From positions 1-45,179 of the forward strand of contig JBHIEF010000002.1 in the NCBI GenBank assembly GCA_046760465.1: a DNA stretch of 45,179 nt. The letters run 5' to 3'. Both the position numbers and the translations under genes were made by a program. Each line of letters begins with the position of its first letter. The first letter of the stretch is position 1. Source of the stretch: Armatimonadota bacterium. GTDB lineage: Bacteria; Armatimonadota; Zipacnadia; JAUWAU01; JBHIEF01. Below are positions 39,804-45,179 of this stretch, in pieces. Below the pieces are notes generated by a model. The model worked only from the letters and a program-made list of their open reading frames with translations. It did not search any database and was not told where the DNA came from.

Positions 39804-40529
39804 GTGGCGCTCATTGAGGTAAGCGACGTAGAGAAGGTGTTCCGCACGGGGACCATCCAGGTGGCAGCGCTGCGCGGCGTGAACCTGACGGTGGAGGAAG
39901 GCGAATTCGTCAGCATCATGGGGCCCTCGGGGTCCGGCAAATCCACTCTCATGCACATCCTCGGGTGCCTGGACCGGACCACCAGCGGCCGCTACGTCCT
40001 GGACGGCATTGACGTCGCTGAGCTCGACGATGACGATCTGGCAAACGTGCGCAACGAGAAGCTGGGATTCGTCTTCCAGGCCTACAACCTGCTGCCCCGG
40101 ACGACCGCCCTGGCCAACACGGAGCTGCCGCTGCTCTATGGTCGCCGGCGGGGGGAGCGGCGCCAACGTGCCCTCCAGGCGCTCCAGCGGGTAGGTTTGC
40201 AGGAGCGTCTGCAACACGTGCCCTCAGAGCTCTCCGGGGGCGAACAGCAGCGTGTGGCCATCGCGCGTGCCCTGGTCAATGACCCACGCATACTCCTGGC
40301 AGACGAGCCGACTGGGAACCTGGACAGCCGGACGGGCGAGGAGATACTGGGACTGCTACAGGACCTCAACGGCCGAGGCACGACCGTGGTGATGGTCACC
40401 CACGACGAACACGTCGCTGCGCATACGCAGCGCATCGTCCGGCTCTTGGACGGGAAGGTCGAGCGCGACGAGCTGGTCGCGGAGCCCATCGGGGCCGGAC
40501 CGGCGAGCGAGGAGGGGGAAGTCCCTTGA
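39804..40529 (+). CDS. ABC transporter ATP-binding protein (MacB/LolD-type, COG1136-like)
   Basis: Walker A is GPSGSGKST, the signature is LSGGEQQRVAIARAL, and Walker B is ILLADEPTGNLD. GTG start lies 3 nt after the adaptor stop. Confidence 0.9.
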   Translation: MALIEVSDVEKVFRTGTIQVAALRGVNLTVEEGEFVSIMGPSGSGKSTLMHILGCLDRTTSGRYVLDGIDVAELDDDDLANVRNEKLGFVFQAYNLLPRTTALANTELPLLYGRRRGERRQRALQALQRVGLQERLQHVPSELSGGEQQRVAIARALVNDPRILLADEPTGNLDSRTGEEILGLLQDLNGRGTTVVMVTHDEHVAAHTQRIVRLLDGKVERDELVAEPIGAGPASEEGEVP

Positions 40530-41743
40530 ACCCACTGGAAGCCGTCCGAGTGGCGCTGATCGCTCTGAGGGCCAACAAGCTGCGGTCTGGCTTGACCATG
40601 TTGGGCATCATCATTGGCGTTGGCTCAGTCATCACCATGATCGCCATCGGCCGCGGCGCCAGCGTTGACGTGCAGGAACGCATCCAGGCGATGGGCACCA
40701 GGCTGCTCACCGTCTGGCCGGGCCAGGCGCGCCGTGGCCGTCTCTGGGGCGGCGTGGGCAGCCAGGACACGCTGGAGCTTCAGGATGCCGACGCCATCTC
40801 GCGCAAGGTGGAGGGCGCGCTGCGGGTGGCGCCGCACGTGACCGGGTCGGCCCAGGTCAAGTGGGGCAACCGCAACACGAACACCTCCATCATCGGGTCC
40901 ACGCCCGACTACGTCACGGTCAACAACCACAAGGTAGAGAGCGGGCGCTTCTTCACGGAGACGGAGCTGCGCGGCTCTCGGCCCATCTGCGTCGTGGGCA
41001 CCACCTTGGTGGACAACCTCTTCGGGCGCACCGACCCCGTGGGCCAGCGCATCCGCATCAAGAACATCCCCTTCGAGGTCATTGGCGTGCTTCGCGAGAA
41101 GGGCGGGGCCAGCCACTGGCGCGATCCCGACGACCTCATTGTGGTCCCCGTGTCGGTGGCCATGCGCCGTCTGTTTGGGAAGGACCACGTGGACCGCATC
41201 TACGTCGCCGCCATCGAGGGACGCCCGCTGTGGGAGACGGCCGACGATATCACCAAGCTGATCAGGCGCCGCCACCGCATCCGCTCGGACGACGAGGACG
41301 ACTTCAACGTGCGCACCCAGACCGAGATTCTGGAGACCTTCACGCAGACCTCTCGCACCTTCACCATCCTGCTGGCGAGCATAGCCGCCGTCTCGCTGAT
41401 GGTGGGCGGCATCGGCGTGATGAACATCATGCTCGTCTCCGTGACCGAGCGGACCAGGGAGATCGGCATCCGCAAGGCGGTCGGAGCCAAGAGGCGGGAT
41501 ATTCTGGCGCAGTTCCTCATCGAATCGCTGGCCCTGTGCCTGATAGGCGGGCTCATTGGCGCCGCCCTGGGCGCCGGCGGCGCCGCGCTCCTGTCCAACA
41601 TGGCCGGGTGGCGCACCATCGTCACTCCCGATTCGATCATACTGGCCTTCTCCTTCTCGGCCGCCGTCGGCATCGGCTTCGGCATATACCCCGCCCAGAA
41701 GGCGGCCAAGCTGGACCCCATCGAGGCACTGAGGTACGAGTAG
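40526..41743 (+). CDS. ABC transporter permease, MacB-type (MacB periplasmic core domain plus FtsX four-TM domain)
   Basis: The N-terminus ALRANKLRSGLTMLGIIIGVGSVI is followed by a large periplasmic domain. The FtsX block is REIGIRKAVGAKRRDILAQFLIESLALCLIGGLIG and the C-terminus is PAQKAAKLDPIEALRYE. The TTG start overlaps the ATPase stop (TTGA). Confidence 0.85.
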   Translation: MNPLEAVRVALIALRANKLRSGLTMLGIIIGVGSVITMIAIGRGASVDVQERIQAMGTRLLTVWPGQARRGRLWGGVGSQDTLELQDADAISRKVEGALRVAPHVTGSAQVKWGNRNTNTSIIGSTPDYVTVNNHKVESGRFFTETELRGSRPICVVGTTLVDNLFGRTDPVGQRIRIKNIPFEVIGVLREKGGASHWRDPDDLIVVPVSVAMRRLFGKDHVDRIYVAAIEGRPLWETADDITKLIRRRHRIRSDDEDDFNVRTQTEILETFTQTSRTFTILLASIAAVSLMVGGIGVMNIMLVSVTERTREIGIRKAVGAKRRDILAQFLIESLALCLIGGLIGAALGAGGAALLSNMAGWRTIVTPDSIILAFSFSAAVGIGFGIYPAQKAAKLDPIEALRYE

Positions 41744-41851
41744 TGGTTCCTGCAAGATGAAGGACGCGCCGACGCCGCGCCAGGGGCCGTGAGGGCGCCT
41801 CACTGACGACGCTCCTCATCTTGCCGCCGACTGCGAGGCGACTGCGATAGC

Positions 41852-43351
41852 ATGGCGGGGCGGCCGAACATCGTGTGGATCATGACCGACCAGCAGCGCG
41901 CGGACGCGCTTGGGTCGGTGAGCCCCTGGATGCACACGCCGAACATGGACCGGCTGGCCGCGCAGGGCGCGCAACTGGATCGGATGTTTGCGCAGAGCCC
42001 AGTGTGCGTGCCCTCGCGGGTCAACTTCATCACCGGTCGCTACCCTCACAGTCACGGCAGCCGGGAGAACAACGCCCCGGTGGGCGCGGGCGAGCCACAC
42101 ATCTTCCGCGTGCTGCGCGCCGCCGGCTATCGCGTGGCCTTGATCGGCAAGAACCACACCTTCTACCAAGAGGACCTGGGCAAGCTGGATTTCGCCTTCA
42201 CGGAGCCGCTCAACCTGGTGTCCGGCTCGGCCCAGGCCCAGGCCTTCGGCGAGCACCTGAACGGCTGCCGCCAGGGGATGCGCCAGGTGGCGTGTTGGGC
42301 GGGGGCCGCCTTCCATGGCTTCCCGGAGGAGCTGACCAGCACCCACCGGATCGCCTCCGCTGCCGTTGACTACCTCAGGAGTGCCGACCGCGGCGACCCC
42401 TTCTTCCTCTGGGTGTCCTTCCCCGACCCCCACGCACCGCACACGGCGCCGGCGCGCCTGGCGGAGCTCTACCCGCTCGACCTGGTGCCCATGCCCGAGG
42501 GAGCCTTGTCCTCCGAGGAAGATGCGGAGGTCCGTGCGAAGGCCTCGCGCCAGGCGGTCAAACGGAAGGCACAGGGAATGGTCTCGCCGCCGGAGGAGGG
42601 GGTGCGCCGCTACATCGCCGTCTACAGCGCCATGGTGAGCTTCGTTGACGAGCACCTGGGCCGGATTCTGGACGAAGTGGAGAGGCAGGGACTTGCCGAG
42701 GACACTATTCTCGTCTACACCTCGGACCACGGCGACTTCCGGGGCGAGCACGGGATGGTGAAGAAGGACCTGGTGCTGTATGACTGCCTGCTCAATATCC
42801 CCTGCATCATGCGCTATCCTGGGACGATCTCGCCCCGGCGGTTCCGCAGCGCGCTGGCCCAGCAGATAGACCTGTACCCAACGCTCCTCGACTACGCCGG
42901 CGTCCAACCGCCCCGGGGCCTGCAAGGGCGGTCGCTCCGGCGCCTCCTGGAGGGGCAAGATGACCTTTTCCGCGAGGAGGTATACGCAGAAGTCTGCCCG
43001 CCGGACTTCCGCAACCCGTACCGAAGCGCTGAGGAGTTCCTGGCCGAATGGCGGCGGGCGCAGAACGTAGAGGGGCACCCTCTGCGCTGGACGGCGCCCT
43101 TCAACGTGCCGGGCGACTTCGTGAAGACGATCCGCACCGTGGACCGCAAGTACGTCTGGTACGGCAGCGGTGAGAGCGAGCTCTATGACCTGGAAGCCGA
43201 CCCGGGAGAGAGGCTGAACGTGGCGGGCGATCCGGCCTACGCGCAGGACCTCGACGCCCTGCGGGCCAGGCTGTTCGAGTGGCACGTGCTGACCGAGGAC
43301 CCGCTCGACTCGTCAGACGCCCGGCGCTTCGAGCAGGACTACCCGTGGTAA
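41852..43351 (+). CDS. Sulfatase (Cys-type) without a recognisable signal peptide
   Basis: PVCVPSRVNFITGRYPHSHG motif. The protein starts directly with the conserved core (MAGRPNIVWIMTDQQRAD). The antisense 489-aa ORF 41816..43285 is rejected. Confidence 0.9.
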   Translation: MAGRPNIVWIMTDQQRADALGSVSPWMHTPNMDRLAAQGAQLDRMFAQSPVCVPSRVNFITGRYPHSHGSRENNAPVGAGEPHIFRVLRAAGYRVALIGKNHTFYQEDLGKLDFAFTEPLNLVSGSAQAQAFGEHLNGCRQGMRQVACWAGAAFHGFPEELTSTHRIASAAVDYLRSADRGDPFFLWVSFPDPHAPHTAPARLAELYPLDLVPMPEGALSSEEDAEVRAKASRQAVKRKAQGMVSPPEEGVRRYIAVYSAMVSFVDEHLGRILDEVERQGLAEDTILVYTSDHGDFRGEHGMVKKDLVLYDCLLNIPCIMRYPGTISPRRFRSALAQQIDLYPTLLDYAGVQPPRGLQGRSLRRLLEGQDDLFREEVYAEVCPPDFRNPYRSAEEFLAEWRRAQNVEGHPLRWTAPFNVPGDFVKTIRTVDRKYVWYGSGESELYDLEADPGERLNVAGDPAYAQDLDALRARLFEWHVLTEDPLDSSDARRFEQDYPW

Positions 43352-43387
43352 CGTCGGCAGGGGATGCGGGGCGGTCGGAGAGGCAAG

Positions 43388-44713
43388 CTAGGCCTCGCGC
43401 CAGTCTGCCAGCAGCTTCCGCAACTCCGTGGCCTTGTCCGGCATCGCCGCCGAGAGGTCCTTCGTCTCGCCCACGTCGTTCGCCACGTCGTATAGCTCAA
43501 CTTCCCCCGTGTCGTAGAACTCGATGAGCTTGAAGGCGCCCTGGCGCACTGCGCCTGCGGACCGGCCGCCCAGGAAGTGCGGCTTGTCGAGCGGGTAGTG
43601 CCAGAAGATGGCGTCGCGCTTCAGGCCGCCCGTCTGGGTCAGGACAGGGACGAGGCTCTCGCCGTCGAGCTGCGGTGGCGGCTCTGCCACGGCACCCGCC
43701 ATCTCCAGGATTGTGGGGAGGAAGTCCACGCTGGTGACCGGCACCCCAGAGCTACTGCCGGCCTCGACGACGCCGGGCCAACGCACGATGAGGGGCACGC
43801 GGATTCCGCCCTCGTAGAGCTGGGACTTGCCTCCGCGGAGCGGTGCGTTGGAGGTGACTTTGTGTTCCCCGCCGTTGTCCGAGGTGAAGATCAGGATCGT
43901 GTTGTCGGCGATCCCCGCTTCCTCCAGCCGAGCCATGACCATGCTCACCCCCTCATCAATGCTCTCCAGCATGGCCGCCAGCGCGGGGTTGTTCTCGCGC
44001 TCCCCCGCTCCAGGTTTGCGGCTGTACTTCTCCACGAGTTCCCGCTTGCCGACCAGGCGCGTGTGAACGGCGTAGTGGGAGAGGTACAGGAAGAAGGGCT
44101 CGTCCTTGTGGCGGGTGATGAAGTCAACGGCCTCGAGGTTCAGCCGGTCGGTCAGGTACTCATCCTCGAGACGCGCCTCGAGCCCGGGCAGATGATCGTA
44201 GGGATGGAAGTAGTACCCCGGGCCGATGTACCTGTCCTCGGAGCAGATGACCTCCTCGAATCCGTGCAGCTTGGGGTCGCCCCTGCGCTTGCGGTAGTCG
44301 CCCATGAGGTGCCACTTGCCGATCAAGCCCGAGACGTATCCGTGCGGTCCCAGCAACTTCGGCATCGTGGCGAGAGCGGGCGAGAGGTACAGCGCGTCGT
44401 CCGCCCTGAGGTAGTCGGTGATGCCCACCCGGAGCGGATAGCGTCCAGTCAGAAGTGCGGCCCGCGTCGGCGAGCAAACGGGGGCGGCCGCGTAGGCATC
44501 CGTGAACCGCATCCCCTGGTCGGCCAGGCGATCCGTGTTCGGCGTCTCGCAGAAGGTGCTGCCGTAACAGCCGAGATCGCTCCAGCCCAGGTCATCAACC
44601 AAGATGAGGATGACGTTGGGCTTGGCGGTGGCCTGTGCCCCTGCGCTCATCTGGTCCCAGGCCATGGCCACGGCGCTCGCCCCGGCGATCTTCGCGAACT
44701 GGCGGCGGTCCAC
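43388..44713 (-). CDS. Sulfatase (Cys-type) with Tat-like signal
   Basis: PVCSPTRAALLTGRYP motif. GTG start at 44713 follows GAGAGGAG at a 7-nt spacing. The signal is MDRRQFAKIAGASAVAMAWDQMSAGAQA. Confidence 0.9.
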   Translation of the reverse strand: MDRRQFAKIAGASAVAMAWDQMSAGAQATAKPNVILILVDDLGWSDLGCYGSTFCETPNTDRLADQGMRFTDAYAAAPVCSPTRAALLTGRYPLRVGITDYLRADDALYLSPALATMPKLLGPHGYVSGLIGKWHLMGDYRKRRGDPKLHGFEEVICSEDRYIGPGYYFHPYDHLPGLEARLEDEYLTDRLNLEAVDFITRHKDEPFFLYLSHYAVHTRLVGKRELVEKYSRKPGAGERENNPALAAMLESIDEGVSMVMARLEEAGIADNTILIFTSDNGGEHKVTSNAPLRGGKSQLYEGGIRVPLIVRWPGVVEAGSSSGVPVTSVDFLPTILEMAGAVAEPPPQLDGESLVPVLTQTGGLKRDAIFWHYPLDKPHFLGGRSAGAVRQGAFKLIEFYDTGEVELYDVANDVGETKDLSAAMPDKATELRKLLADWREA

Positions 44714-44734
44714 ATGTGGGCTCCTCTCTAGCCC

Positions 44735-45179
44735 TCACCCGCAGATCTCGTGCACTAGGTCTATGTAGTGCTTGAAGTTGGCGAAGGGCACGTCGGGGGG
44801 AACGGCGTGGTCCACGAAGGGCGAATAGCCGCCCTGCTCCACCAGGGGCGGCACCTTGGACCTCACCTCGTGCTCGACGGTGGCTCGGTCGCAGGTGTCT
44901 CGCAGGGCACGCTTGTCAATGCCGCCGATCATCAGCAGCTCCGGGCCGAACTGCTCCCGGTAGCGCAGCACGTCGCAGTCGGCCGCCACCTCCATGGGGT
45001 AGACCAGGTTGACGTTCGCCTCCAGCCACAGCGGGATCAGCTCGTCAACGTTGCCGTCGCAGTCCACCATGATGATGTCAATGCCGGCTTGGTTGAGCAC
45101 CTTGGTCACCCGCTTGAGCGGCTCCAGCATGAACTCGCGGAATAGCTGTGGCGAGACCAGCGGCCCCGTCTTCATGGCC
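44735..45179 (-). CDS. URO-D superfamily protein, C-terminal part (gene continues beyond the right window edge)
   Basis: It aligns with residues from about 215 onward of the paralog at 16451..17509: SPQLFREFMLEPL~SPGMYRELLLPAH, and GGIDKRAL~GGIDVRAM. The frame stays open past the in-window ATG to base 45179. The stop lies 21 nt before the sulfatase start. Confidence 0.75.
   Translation of the reverse strand, partial: AMKTGPLVSPQLFREFMLEPLKRVTKVLNQAGIDIIMVDCDGNVDELIPLWLEANVNLVYPMEVAADCDVLRYREQFGPELLMIGGIDKRALRDTCDRATVEHEVRSKVPPLVEQGGYSPFVDHAVPPDVPFANFKHYIDLVHEICG

Noticed and set aside
41789-41803. Hairpin GTGAGG-GCG-CCTCAC 46 nt downstream of the permease stop. Similar short GC stems occur after other genes (e.g. 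31701..31740 and 17540..17570). I considered them as intrinsic terminators.
   Set aside because: The stems are short, no U-tract follows and similar stems are abundant by chance. They cannot be supported as terminators from sequence alone.

Overview
GC-rich, densely coding bacterial chromosomal window with about 31 protein-coding genes, two of them cut by the window edges. I saw no rRNA, tRNA, CRISPR array, transposase or integrase. High GC produces many long antisense shadow ORFs and spurious 5' extensions in the six-frame track. I resolved these using motifs, signal peptides and Shine-Dalgarno placement. Most of the window looks like a sulfated-glycan catabolic supercluster. It holds four Cys-type (CxPxR) sulfatases, a LacZ-like GH2 beta-galactosidase, a DUF2961/GH172 enzyme and a BNR/Asp-box propeller. 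It also holds a clan GH-A TIM-barrel enzyme with CBM and Fn3 modules, a secreted beta-helix protein, a CE15 glucuronoyl esterase and two further serine esterase/hydrolases. An AraA-like sugar isomerase, two Gfo/Idh/MocA oxidoreductases, a VOC protein and two URO-D-family paralogs complete the set. Three non-catabolic modules are embedded in it. (1) An ECF sigma / zf-HC2 anti-sigma / unknown secreted protein operon lies divergent from a large unknown secreted protein of about 1070 aa. (2) An adjacent FHA-domain gene and Cys-phosphatase gene end in the same unrecognised C-terminal domain of about 95 residues. This is my top candidate for an undescribed system. (3) A MarR-TolC-adaptor-ABC (MacAB-like) efflux operon has a near-consensus promoter/operator in an AT-rich island and an adaptor with an unusually long coiled coil. 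Family assignments come from motifs read by eye, and no database search was run. Phylum cannot be determined from the sequence alone; the gene content is typical of PVC-group or Armatimonadota-like glycan degraders.
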